DNA from: Lama glama
Taxonomy: Eukaryota
Direction of reading: 5' to 3'
Assembly: GCA_028534125.1 (NCBI GenBank)
Contig: CM052817.1
Coordinates: 46,812,001-46,876,000 of the forward strand
Length of the DNA: 64,000 bases
Below the pieces are notes generated by a model, which saw nothing but the letters and a program-made list of their open reading frames with translations, was not told the DNA's origin and ran no database searches. The translations under genes were made by a program, and so were the position numbers. This document shows, piece by piece, positions 12,679-24,439 of this stretch (position 1 is the first letter of the stretch; the number at the start of each line of letters is the position of its first letter).

Positions 12679-14010
12679 CTCTGCCTGGGCACATATTTCT
12701 AGAGAAAGCTATCTGTGATGATAATTAATTACACAATATATGAAACTGGATATGCTCACTGTAAACACTGTCTTTAAGGTGCAAATACAATTATTGAGAC
12801 AGCTTAAACTCTTCCATAACCTCATGTTCTTAACAAAGAATAGCACAAATTAAAAAGGAGCTAAGCATATGTCAGGTGCGTCAGATTCTTCCAGGAAGTC
12901 AAACTCCATATCATGTATATATCAGGTACATATAAGGAAGAGGAACCTATGAATTTATTGATGGACAAGGTTAATCATGTCTGAGAGTCTTTGCTCGAAG
13001 GCTGACATAGCCCTACAACCACAGCTAGAAGAGAAAGACTTTATCAGAGGGCAGCAAGAGGCAGACACTTGGGCCAAACAGCATCTGAGGGAGCTCTAGA
13101 ATTACTGGAAGCAGCCCTGAAGAATAAAGGTGTTTCACCAAAGTGAATCCCAAAGGTTGACTTGGCTGGATACTGAGGTTCATTCAAGACCCAAACATTA
13201 CCCATGAGAATGTATGGTAATCCTTTTTTTCTGACAAAACGTTCTAATGCACACCACTGCTTAAAAGAGTTGCATCTAGAATCAAAGCAGGCTCAGGATG
13301 CTCTAGGAAAAATTATACCTGGATCCTCAGAGCTCATTAAATAACTGTTACTGGTATGTCATAGCCCTTCCCCTTCATATATATTTAGTATAATTCTTAG
13401 TGCTTCCACCAAGATAGGGCACACAGTATCCTTTATATGAGATCACATTCTGCTTCAGAGTCTGCTGCCTTGCTAATTAAGATGTTCCAAACCCATAAAC
13501 TACCTGGCAATTTAGAGTGATACTACATATTGCAGTAATTCTTGCATCCCTCAAATACTTCAGTGCCTGAATTCATCCCTCTCCTACTCATTATCCACAG
13601 ATGAAGGCAAAAAAGAATGATCCACAAGGTACAAAAAGAAAGAAAACTTCCATAGCTACATATCAAATAAGCAATATGACTTAGGTCACCCATCTTATAA
13701 CAGAGAAGTTGGCCTTTGACAGTTTTCATATGCCCTTCTTCAGCAAATATGGATTTCACGCCCACTGCTTTCCTTTTTGCTTAGCACCACCATAACTTTT
13801 ACACAAGTCAATTACTAGAAGAAATCCAAAACAACCCAAATGAGTTATGGACATCTCCAGATACAAGAGGGATGGCTTTCATATTCCCCATCAGTTCAGT
13901 TTCTACAGCCAGCACTGTCCAGACAAAACAGGTGGGCTGGCAGTTGCTGTGTTTATGACAACCCTAGTCAGATCCTTTGGCCACTTCCCACTGTCCATCC
14001 ACCTCAAAGA
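12679..14010 (+). mobile_element. Fossil Ty3/Gypsy (Sushi/chromovirus-like) pol region: RNase H - integrase - GPF/Y-like tail
   Basis: Collinear degenerate motifs across frameshifts: LCLGTYF*RKLSVMIINYTIYE (12679-12744), KHCL*GA..HNLMFL, FFQEVKLHIMYISGTYK (~12886-12936), LAGY*GSFKT (13162-13191), STKIGH (13405-13422), SASESAALLIKMFQTHKLP (13449-13505), THYPQ (13586-13600), PFFSKYGFH (13733-13759). Confidence 0.8.
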
Positions 14011-14439
14011 AATTTACCATGCCTTGCACCTGGGCTTCCATTATAAGGCAAATTGTATGGTCATCCATCCTCTGTTTCACCATTATCACTATAACACTTC
14101 CCATTTTCTTTCTTCAGATCAGTTTCCACCCTTTTCCTTGTCTTCCAAACTTTAGTAAAGAGCCCAGTACAATAGCCAGGCCTTCTCCAGAAAATTTCCC
14201 TGTATCCTTAGAAGCTTATCTCGAGTTCTCACTTTATTCCCTTGCTTAAATTGGAATTTGGCTGTTCCTTGAAGATACCCCTACCTCTAAGACCCTCTTC
14301 AGTGCATGTTTGTTGGCAGGTAAGAGAGAGTTCTTGTCTAATGGCTTCTATTTTTCTTAGTAAAATAGAAGATGAGATCATCTAAAAGACGATCTTCTAA
14401 AAGATCAAGGAGCTAGGAGGATGGGTCAGAGATTGGAGG

Positions 14440-15422
14440 AAAATGTCATCCTTTACTTCCAATTCATCAGCAAGTCTTATTTGCTCTGATTTCAAAATAT
14501 ATCTTAAATACAACTACTTCCAGCTACCTCCACAATTAACATGGCAGTCTGGGCCAGCACTATATCTTTGTTTTTTAATTATTTTTTTGCAGGGGGAGGT
14601 AATTAGGTTTATTTATTTATTTAATAGAAGTACTGGGGATTGAACCCAGGACCTCATGCATGCTAAGCATGCACTCTACTACTGAGCTATACTCTCTGCC
14701 CCCAGCATTATATATTGCCTGAATCTACCAACTCAGCATTCTGACTGGTCTCCCTACAAATTTTTGGCCTCCATTGCATAAGCAAGTAGGAGGACTTTTT
14801 CAAAACACAAATCATAGCACTCTCTTGCTTAATATACTTCAGTGGCATCTTCTCTTTCTTTGGGTAAAGGCAGAAATTCTTACAATATCCCTCCTTCACC
14901 TCCTTGGCCTTTGTCTGCTTCTTAGACTCATCTGGCAAAATGCTTTTCATTTTTCATGACACAATGGCAATAATAGCCTTCTTTCAACTACTTGAAGCCA
15001 CAATAATTCCTTTTAATACCGAGTCTTAGGTTGAATAGACTTCATTCTTCCCTTATCTTGTTAAGTCCTATTTTCCCTTAAGGTCTCAGATCAACCATAA
15101 TTTCTCAGGAAAGCACTATTATTCTTTCTTATAGTACCATGTACTTTGTCCTTATAGCACTAAACATAGTTATAGCTTTCCACTAATTATAGTTAAATTT
15201 ATATTTGCTTAATTGGGATAGTTACATTACTATATTATATTTAGCAATAATTTCCATTAAATAATTTTTGGATTAATGTATAATGTCTTCCCCCACTTAG
15301 CTTGTAAGCTCAATAATAGTAGGGATCATGTCTGTTTTTATTCATTGTTGCATCCCCAAGTTCTAGCCCAATGTCTAATCATATGTGGTAGGTGCTCAAT
15401 GAGTATCTGTTAAATAAATAAA
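14440..15422 (+). mobile_element. L2 LINE 3' portion interrupted by a SINE
   Basis: aattcatcagcaagtc...ttcaaaatatatct; ends cttgtaagctc...agggatcatgtctg...gtaggtgctcaatgagtatctgttaaataaataaa. Confidence 0.75.
14566..14701 (-). mobile_element. tRNA-Ala-derived SINE (camelid vic-1 type)
   Basis: Reverse complement reads tatagctcagtagtagagtgcatgcttagcatgcatgaggtcctgggttcaatccccagtac...ataaataaacctaattacctccccc; TSD ccagca(c/t)tatat at 14554-14565 and 14702-14713. Confidence 0.9.
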
Positions 15423-15699
15423 AGCTGAACTTGACAGCCTAGAACACTAAGGCAGGCAATACAGAGAGCAGACTCTGTGGTGCTTCTCATTATAGATATG
15501 TACCACCTATTACCACTTTCTAACCTATACAAGAACAAGGTTTCTGACCCACAAAGTGGAGGCCTTCCAATTCCAGGTTTTCCATCCTTGCATCCCAAAT
15601 TAATTTCACTAATCCCTGTGCATATGTCCCTAGAACTTCACTCTGAATACAATGCCTTTGCAACTTACCCTAGCTGCCAGAGACAAGGAGCGAAAAACT

Positions 15700-16085
15700 G
15701 GTAAAAACTCTCATAAAATCAGAAACAGAAGGGAACTTTCTTAATCTGATAGAAAACATATACGAGAAACCTATGGTTAACATTATACTTATAGCGAAAG
15801 ACTAAATGCTTTCTAAAATCAGGAACAAAGAAAGGAGATTTATCTTACTACTTTCAATCAACATTGTACTGCTCGTTCTAGCCAGTGAAATTAGGAAAGA
15901 AAAATAATTTAAAAACATCTAGACTGGAAAAGAAAAGGTATAACTCCTTTTATTCACAGACAACATGATTCCTGTGAAATAAATCCTATAATGTGTACAA
16001 ATAAGTTACTAGAACTAATAAGGAAGTTTAGCAAGGTTGCAGGATATCAGACCCATATACAAAAATCAGCTATATTTCTATATAG
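15700..16085 (+). mobile_element. Old L1 ORF2 (RT) fragment
   Basis: ttattcacagacaacatgatt (LFTDNMI) and KLLELIRKFSKVAGY..IQKSAIFLY match L1 ORF2. Confidence 0.9.
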
Positions 16086-16229
16086 AACAGAGCATCATTT
16101 CATGCAGTTATTTGCCACCCATTGTATCTTACTTAGTGAACTGTCTTTTCAAATATTTCACCCACTTTTAGAAGGTTAACATATACCTACAATGTGACCC
16201 AGTCATTTCTGGGTCATATAAAAACATTC

Positions 16230-16815
16230 CTGGTCATGCCCTAATCTCAGGAAACTGTACATAGCAATTCGTAACCTTACATGGCAAAGGGGACTTGACT
16301 GATGTGATTAAAGGAAGGTTCTTGAGATATGGAGACTATCCTGCATTATCTAGGTGAGCCCAATATAATCTAAGGGTTCTTAAAAGATGAAAGAGGAAGG
16401 CAGAAGAGTCAGAGAAGATGTTATGATTGACAGAAACAGAAGGTGGAGGGATGTCCTTTAAGATGGAGGAAGAGGCCACATGCCAAGGAATGTAAGCAAC
16501 CTCTGGAAGACAGAAAAGCTGAATAAATTAGCATGTAAAAAGAATGCAGTTCTGACAAAATCTTCACATTTTAGCCCAGAAAAACTCATTTCAAACTTCT
16601 GACCTTCAGCAGGGAGGGCATAGCTCAGTGGTAGAGCACGTGCTTAGCATGCATGAGGTCCTGGGTTCAATCACCAGTACCTACACTAAAATTAAATAAA
16701 TAAATAAACCTAATTATCAAACTTCTGACCTTCAAATTGTAAGATGGCAAATTTGTGTTGTTTTAAGCCACTGTTTGTGGTAATTTATTACAATAGCAAT
16801 AGGAAACAAATACTC
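16230..16815 (+). mobile_element. MaLR LTR (MLT1C/D-like) interrupted by a SINE
   Basis: ccttacatggcaaaggggacttg...gatgtgattaa...gaggaaggcagaagagtcagaga...ttttaagccactgtttgtggtaatttattacaatagcaataggaaacaaatac. Confidence 0.85.
16609..16716 (+). mobile_element. tRNA-Ala-derived SINE (camelid vic-1 type)
   Basis: A box tagctcagtgg, B box ggttcaatc, tail aaataaataaataaacctaatta; perfect 18-bp TSD tcaaacttctgaccttca at 16591-16608 and 16717-16734. Confidence 0.92.
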
Positions 16816-17310
16816 CTGACTTATGAAACAAGTTTTTTTGCAAGCTTCTATTTTTACTAGAATAAATTTATATTCTGTACAAGAATGGACTAAAACCGAG
16901 AATTTATCTGCTATTGTTCAACATCTAAATTTGCTATAGCATTGAAAGAATCATAAAATACAGATGATATATTTGATGAGCTTTGTTTTCTAAAAATATT
17001 GGTCAAAAATATACTATGAGTAGAAGCAGGAAAGACAATAACTGAAAATGTTTCACCTGAAATAGTTACAAATTTAATAAAATAAATCCAACTTGAGAAT
17101 ATACTACATATGGCATAATTTGCTCTGAGTTTACCAGATACATATATAAAGAGTAATGTTACCAAATAAAAATACTGAGGCCAACAGAATAGTCAACTGA
17201 GAGCATCAATAATAAAATTTATTAATTATAAAATGCAGTGTTGTAGAAGTTTTGAGATATTTCTATTAAAAACTTCAAACATAAAACTATATTAAAATAC
17301 ATTCTTCACA

Positions 17311-17636
17311 GGGGCTGGGTGCCAGAGGAAATGGGCAGACATTAGTCAAAGGATGTAAACTTCCAGCTATTAAAATGAATAATTTCTGGGTATCTAAGGT
17401 ACAGCATGGTGACTATGATTAACAATAATGTATTATAAACTTAGAAGTTGCTAAAGACAGTGAATTTTAAATGCTATCACCACAAAAGAGAAGTTAATTA
17501 CGTGAGCTGATGGAAGTGTTAACTAACTTTCTTGTGGCAATTATTTCACAGTATATATGTGTATCAAATCATCACATTGTATACCTTCAACTTACACCAT
17601 GTTATATGTCAATTATATTTCAATGAATCTGGGAAA
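17311..17636 (+). mobile_element. L1 3'UTR fragment (L1MA9-like)
   Basis: gtcaaaggatgtaaacttccagctat...gtacagcatggtgactat...gttatatgtcaattatatttcaat; imperfect TSD aaaatacatt on both sides. Confidence 0.85.
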
Positions 17637-18239
17637 AAATACATTTTCAGATGTGGAAAAAACATGGTATAAGAGACAGATACACTTCAGAAACTGAATA
17701 AAATACATAAATATGTATAGAATAATTATTGGTTGTTATTTTAATGCACTAATAATCAGTATTAAGCAGTTTTTAATTTTCTCTAATGTATCCAGATTTA
17801 TTTTGGATAAACAGTTTGAAAAAACATTTTTCAAAAAGACGATTTTATAGGCCCACCAATATAATAAAACTAATTTCTCTGTTAATACATATTTTAAAAC
17901 ATCATGTAAGTTTAACTATTTAATGCTCCATTACATTCTTAAAAGTGTATCAGTCTGGACAACATAATTTATTATTGTTAGGTCTAATAATTACTTGTGC
18001 CATTCCACTGCTACCACTTTGTTCTCAGACCAATGTATTCTGTTATTAGGAGAATGAGTATCTGAATCTTTTGACAGTACTTCCCATCTTGCTCCTTACA
18101 TCATAACTGAGTTCTTCAATAGTCCATCCCACCATTCTATAAAGTCATTGCTTTGTAGTCAGTAATGGCATTATAAACAATATAAAACAAGTGATTACAT
18201 GATTGTTATTTTTTGCTCTAGATCATCTACATTAAAATT

Positions 18240-20030
18240 AGTTCTTTGGACAGATGCAATGTTGTATGAGGTTCTCTAATGCTGAATAAGCCATTCATCA
18301 TTTTACAAATAGCATTGCTACAGGAAGTATGTATGGCAGGCAAGAAAAACAAATATAGCTGCACAATAATGATTCACTCTATGAAAATAAATTGATGCCA
18401 CTTCCATGATAGATAAAGTCTAATATAATCAACCTGCCACCAGATGGCTGACTGGTCCCCCTAGTATATGATGTTGTATCAAGTGCTCAACATTGGCTTT
18501 CTGCTACTGAAAGATTGGGTTTTCAACTGTAGCAGTGCACAGATCAGCCTTGAGGAAAAGAAGTCCATATTTTTCTGAAATCATAGATAACTTCCATCCC
18601 TATCATCATGATACTTTGTTCAGGGAACCATTTACCAAGCACTGGCTAGCTGGAGAAAGAGGCTAAATGGTAACCACATGAGATCATATTGGCTACCTGA
18701 TTAATGATACGCCTCCCCTGCAGAGGTGGCCTCTTTTGCTGCTGCTGCTGTTGTTTGCTAGCATTTACATGAAATATAAATATGCTCACATTCTATTAAC
18801 ACTACAGAAGTTCCATCTACATATCGGTTCTGCAAATTTACTTCTCTCTCAATCCTGCAGTCTTAGTTTTCCATGCCCCTGTATGTCCAGCCAGATCATT
18901 AACCACTACTCATAAACAGGCATGGGACATTGCTTTTCCAAGCAAACTGAAAAAGTGAAATATACTGATTAACTTTCTTCACTTTGGAAGGACTCTTCTG
19001 CATGTATTTCAATGTTAATCTCTGAGTGAGATTGTAATAGTATAGCAATCTGCCTTTGACAGGGGCCAGCTCATTTTCCAGAAGCATCTGTAAACCAGAC
19101 TTGAATTTTTCCTTCCTGAATCAACTGGTTATAGAGAATCCCTACGTGGTCACAAGTGTGGTTTGACAGAATGGTGGCAATAGAGACAGACCAGTCACCT
19201 CGTAATGTGAGCCACCTACTTGGTCAAGTCATTTACTAATGGTTTCAGGAACAGCTTTACTCCAGTTTTCCATATGTCATTTCCAGTTGATGTTGGAGTG
19301 ATTCTGGTTATACACAGATTTACAGCTTATTAAGTTAGAAAAAACTCAGTTTATGACGGTTATCCAAAACTTCATGGCCTTAAATTCTCATGGTAGTGTT
19401 TGGTCTCTACCAAGGCGCTCAAGACAAGGCCAGGAACTGTTTCTCAAAAGAATAACTGATTATATGGTGTTGATCCAAAGTCCTAGGAGGTTACATTGAT
19501 TCTCCTCCTTGTTCCAAATAGCATCTTGATCTCTCTTAATCACTGGTCATGCTACCGCTTAGACCAGCTAAAAAGTTCTATTGTTTGGGGGACTTTTCAA
19601 AGTCGGTAACTCATTAAATAGATTGGAATAGCATATCCAAATGTAGCATATGTTACTTACAATATCCAAAGAGGCTCATCAATTGGTTTCTCACTGATAC
19701 GGGGAAAAGGTATACTACGTTTTCTATTATTTTGAGGAGAAAATCCTGAGATGCTCAAGACCTCTTGATTCTCAGAAATTTCAGTGCAGTTACCTGGATT
19801 TTCAGTGGAGTTTACCTCCCACTCCCTGAAATCTAGTCACTCAGTACTCTGAGCATATAATCAATGTAGCTAGTCAGTGTGATGTTATGTACAATTATGA
19901 GATGCTGAGATGGTATAGGTATCTGCAAGCTAGATTGTAACACAGAGCTAGAGAGATGAAACAGATCAATGAAAGTATATTTGTGTTCCTTCAAGGTTGT
20001 GAGGACAAATAAAGTAATTGGACAATGAGA
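18240..20030 (-). mobile_element. ERVL-class endogenous retrovirus pol relic (RT to integrase)
   Basis: Minus-strand GDQSAIWWQVDYI (18422-18460) resembles ERVL integrase GDQPATWWQVDYIGP; HNITLTSYIDYML (~19850-19890) resembles ERVL RT QNITLVHYIDDIML. Confidence 0.85.
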
Positions 20031-20039
20031 ACACAAACC

Positions 20040-20425
20040 ATAGAGTGAATGAGTAGAATCTGGTAATCTTGGATCTATTTAGGTTGGAGATTAGGCTAAA
20101 GAAATATTAGTTTAAACATTGTACTTCCATTGATAACCCTGGATCTATATGTGTTAGATTGAAGATAAGGGTTATGAATTCACTAGTCTTAAACATGGGT
20201 AAGTGAAATTGTAAGCTTAAATGAGATTCCTTAAGGACACTATATAAGACAGAAATAATGTGATGGCCTGAATCATGAGGAACTCTTAACATTTAAGAGG
20301 CAGAGAGAGAAAGGCCTATAAAGAATAATAAGTAGGATTGATTAGAGAGATAAAGCAAGTACGTTATCATGGAAACTAAAGGAAGTAAGTTTCAAATAGG
20401 AATTGGTCAATGATGCTAGTGGAGA
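20040..20425 (-). mobile_element. L2 fragment
   Basis: ttaacatttaagaggcagagagagaaagg...tatcatggaaactaaaggaag...tggtcaa, typical of reverse-oriented L2. Confidence 0.55.
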
Positions 20426-21110
20426 AAGCATCCTGTTTGCTTCTGATGTTTGTTCTCAGTGAAAGGACCTCAAAATAGCTCTGGGTCTTTCTCTACACTT
20501 GGGGAGACTGGATGACTTATATAATTCGTAAATCTGTGAAGAATGTCTGATTTAGCTTTGTCTTCCAACCTCACAACTAGGTAGTTACATCCTTCACTTT
20601 TATTTCGCAAATTGTTCAGAACCTAGGCAAGAAGAGGGGAATTGTTTATTGGGACCCCCTTGGAAATTGCAACAACTAATGTCAAATTCCATATCAGGTA
20701 AGCTAGGAGCTGAAAAGAGATGAATGACTCTGGCCATTAGGAAGTAATCATAAATCAATATCTTCTAAAAGAAAGTCAAACACAGTTTCTCCAAGGAAGG
20801 CAATTGAAAGAATATCTCCATTTTGGTGGAACAACATTAACTTTCTTTGTTTTGTAAGATTGTCGAAGAATGGGACTATGCCACCCAGGAACTATATTAG
20901 TCAGGAATATTTTAGTTGCAAATGTATAAAAACTCCTTTAAAATAGCTTAAATGAGGGTGGCAGGTGTGGGTGGGGAAAAAAGACAGAACTTAGTGGTCA
21001 CTTAATGGACTATGGGTTAGTCTATGGTCCTGGACTTCAAATGCTATCTGGACTCTCCTCTTTCTATTGCTTATACTGCCTTCTTCTGTTTTGTTTTTTT
21101 TTTTTTTCTA

Positions 21111-21585
21111 TAGGCATACCTTATTTTGTTACTTTTTGCCTTATTGCATTTCACAGACAGCACATTTTTTAAATGAAAGGTTTGTGGCAACTTTGCACTG
21201 ATCAAGTCTATCAGTACCATTTTTCCAATAGCATTTGCTCACTTCATGTCTCTGTGTTACACTATGATATAATTCTCACATTTCAAACTTTTTCATTATT
21301 ATTATATTTGACTGGGAAATCTGTGATACTACTTTGATGTTACTACTATGACTTGCTGAAGACTCATGATGATTAGCATTCTTTAGCAATAAAGCATTTT
21401 TTATTTGAGGCATGTACATTTTTAAGACATAATGCTATTGCACACTTAATAGACTACAATATAGTATAAACATAACTTTTATATGCACTGGGAAACCAAC
21501 AAACTCGTATGACTCACTCTACTGTGATATTTGCTTTATTGTAGTAGTCTGGAGCTGAAACTGCAATACTTTCGAGGTATGCCTG
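21111..21585 (-). mobile_element. Tigger1-derived non-autonomous DNA transposon (internal deletion derivative)
   Basis: TIRs (t)aggcatacct / aggtatgcctg, TA target duplications at 21109-21110 and 21586-21587, Tigger1-like subterminal sequence. Confidence 0.88.
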
Positions 21586-22786
21586 TATATGGTAAAATAG
21601 GTTTGCTCTGTGTTGTGTCAAAGATGGTCAGCAGTAGCTTTAGCCTCAGTAAAAATTTCATACATTACTCTGGAATTCATATGAAACTAAAGATAATTAA
21701 ATTAAATTAAAGATAGGCTCATGTGCCTATCTTTATGGCAGGTTGTCACATAATTGACAGCTTTGTTACATAAAGGAAAAAAATCTTGTTGAAAAGATGG
21801 ACATACAAAAAGTATTGTCCACTACATTTCACCCTTTTGCTACCCAGTACCTACTCTTGTGCTTTGCTCAGTATATATAATTTCAAAAATGTCCCAGCAT
21901 AAGACAATGCAATTATCCCACGGACAACTGAAATACTCTCCTCTCCAATGGCAGACATGCCAAAATCTCATCCAATTTTTGTATATTGCTTGGAAACGAA
22001 GAGTTCTAGGTGATATGCATTTCTTTTAACCAGGTTTGCATGTAGCTCATCACGGTACAGCATGATAAAGGTAATTTTATTAGGTATTAGTATATACCTA
22101 ACAAGAAGAGTAAGGACACTCTGATTAGCTAGTTGATGAGATCCTTGGTCAGTTAATGTCTTGAGTTTGCCCTCTGGAAGGTGCTCCCTTAACCCTTGCA
22201 CAATAAGAGGGTATTGGAATTAAGGAATCATAGGTCTTTGTTAGCAAGGCTTGGTGTTTTTGTCTATACATATCTTTTGCAATCTTAGTTGGCTGCTGGT
22301 CACCTTGCCTTTTGGTTAACTCTGTAGTTTAGAAACCAAAAACAGAGATGGTGTGCCAATCTGTTTTCTGTCCCTTAGCAATGTATTACAAGGTTGGAAT
22401 GCAATGTCTATCCTTCAGTCAACTAAATTAACTAAGTATCTTCATTTTGACTACTGCAACCAAAATTACAAACTGAGGAATGAGTTTAGGGATAATGCAG
22501 CCAGGTTTTATCTGTCCACTTGCCCCCAAGTTGCATCTCAGTGAATGCCTCCTCATAATAGGACTAATTTGTGAACTTTTATCGGACAGGATATACACCT
22601 GCAAGAGATGCATGAGGTGATCAAAAATCAGGCTTTTGTCCGGGTTCCAACTGCATCTTTTACTGTTTCTAGCTCCCTACTTTTGCTTGTACTAATTTTA
22701 GCTCAGGACAGAGAAGATGCAGGTTTATTTGATTCAGTCACACAAATTACTGAGTACATGCAGGAAGGGGGTGTTGTAGCAATGCA

Positions 22787-22985
22787 TAGTTGTTCCTTGA
22801 TACTCAAGTGGGACTGGTTCCAGGACCTGCCACTGATACCAAAATCCACTGACGCTTGAATCCAGTAGTCAGCCCTCCGTGTCTGTGGATTCTGCATTTG
22901 GAGATTTAACCACATATGTGGAACCCATGGATACTGAGAGCCAATCGTATTTACTGAAAAAAATCTACAGTTCAAGGGTCAACTG
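22787..22985 (+). mobile_element. TcMar-Tigger MITE, MER2B-like
   Basis: ggactggttccaggacc...gataccaaaatccac...gtcagccctccgt...ggaacccatggatac...ttcaagggtcaactg followed by TA. Confidence 0.85.
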
Positions 22986-24439
22986 TATTCTTTCTTCTGC
23001 ATTTATATAGCTACCTTGAACTGAAGTACATCCCTTTCTTGTAGGATCTCGTTAATGGACACATTCCAAAACTCTGACATTTCTTCTATCAATTCCTGAC
23101 ATTTCTTCTATCAATTCCCCTAAAACTTTAATCTTGATACAGACATTGCCTAAGATCTAAATTTAACAGCTTGTTTGCTTACTACAACATAGTAAGTATC
23201 ACCGAATTTCCTAGCCAGAGCCATGGAATCATTACGGTGCAACTCACCTACACTCATCAGTTTTAGATTTCAGGGTGTGTCATTTATTGACACTGGTACT
23301 ATTTTACGTACTACTCAGGAATAAAAACCCAAACCTTGCCATTCTGAGATTTCTTGCTCTTCTCCAGTTTAACAGTCTGTTTTGAATTTCACATCAATTT
23401 TGGATGGAAGTACAGGGAAGTAAAAGTTTAAGATATTATTAGGCTGTTCTCCTTTCTAAGATTTTATCTTGTTGTGGGAGATAAGTCCCTTACTATCATG
23501 GCATTGGTGGAGGGAGTATCTGGTCTGCTTCTTGTCTAAATTTGTGGCTAGAAGGTCCATTCTTGATACAAGTTGTAAACAATTCTCTGAAAGTGTGACT
23601 GTTTTTCCTCTGCGCTAACCTTAGAATTTATGGGTGTTAATGTCTTCTCAGTAGGATCCTCTGTCCAACCCATGGATTCATACCACAGCCTCTGTCATAA
23701 GTTTCCACCATCTTGTATTGCAGTAAGCCCATATAAAGCATTGGGCTCTTACTGTGAACCAAATTTACATACCTCTTAAAGAATTCTGTATCTCCTTTTC
23801 AGTTCACTGCTGTCAAGGAAGATGCAAGAATAGGAGTGGTTATCAATGCTGCCTGGCCCTCTGCTTAAACACAATATGCTGCCATTTCCACTTGATTGTA
23901 GTTGCCTCTGTTGGGCAAAATTCCAAGTGGGAAACAGGGCACAAGTCACAAGTTCCCTGTTTTTAAATTCCGAAGTCTTCCTGGCAGTATCTGTCCCTTA
24001 CCCCTTAGGGTTTCAACCCTGAGGAGAGAGCCAAGAAATACATGTCTCAATTCATGGGCTCTTTTTTCCTCTTGCAATACCATTGAGACTGCTTAAATTT
24101 TCTTGCAATGATTTCATTCTCAGACAGGTTCACTTCACATGGTGGCCAAAGGCCATAGGTAATTTTTTTTGCTTAATTCTAGCCAGAGTAAGGTGCCTGT
24201 TTCTCAATAATGCTAGCCAAAATGGTGAGGTTGTATCTGATTAGCTTTTGTTACCCTGCCCATTCTTAAACCAATCACTGTGACTGAGGAATTAGGGTAA
24301 CTTTGGCCAGCTTGACTTATGAGCCTACCTCTGAGGTATGAGTTAAGACGGGGAAATGGATGGCTGCACTTGGAGCAAAGAAGGGTAGGTCTATATTAGA
24401 ACAAACTCTCAAATGTCAGTGGGTCACACAAAAGAATGC

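Larger units (their letters stand above)
20893..24425 (-). mobile_element. Probable old MaLR element(s): MLT1K/L-like LTRs at ~20893-21825 and ~24020-24425 with putative internal sequence between
   Basis: tattagtcaggaatattttagttgcaaatg...gtccactaca and ttcattctcagacagg...cacatggtggc...tgcccattcttaaaccaatcactgtg are MLT1K/L-like; assignment of the intervening sequence is inference. Confidence 0.45.

Noticed and set aside
12679..14010. Functional domesticated Gypsy-derived gene (SIRH/Mart-like)
   Set aside because: Many stops and frameshifts and degraded catalytic motifs; a fossil, not an intact gene
16611..16685. Possible tRNA-Ala gene
   Set aside because: Has a SINE tail and TSD, an imperfect acceptor stem, no T-run terminator, and two similar copies in the window; it is a SINE
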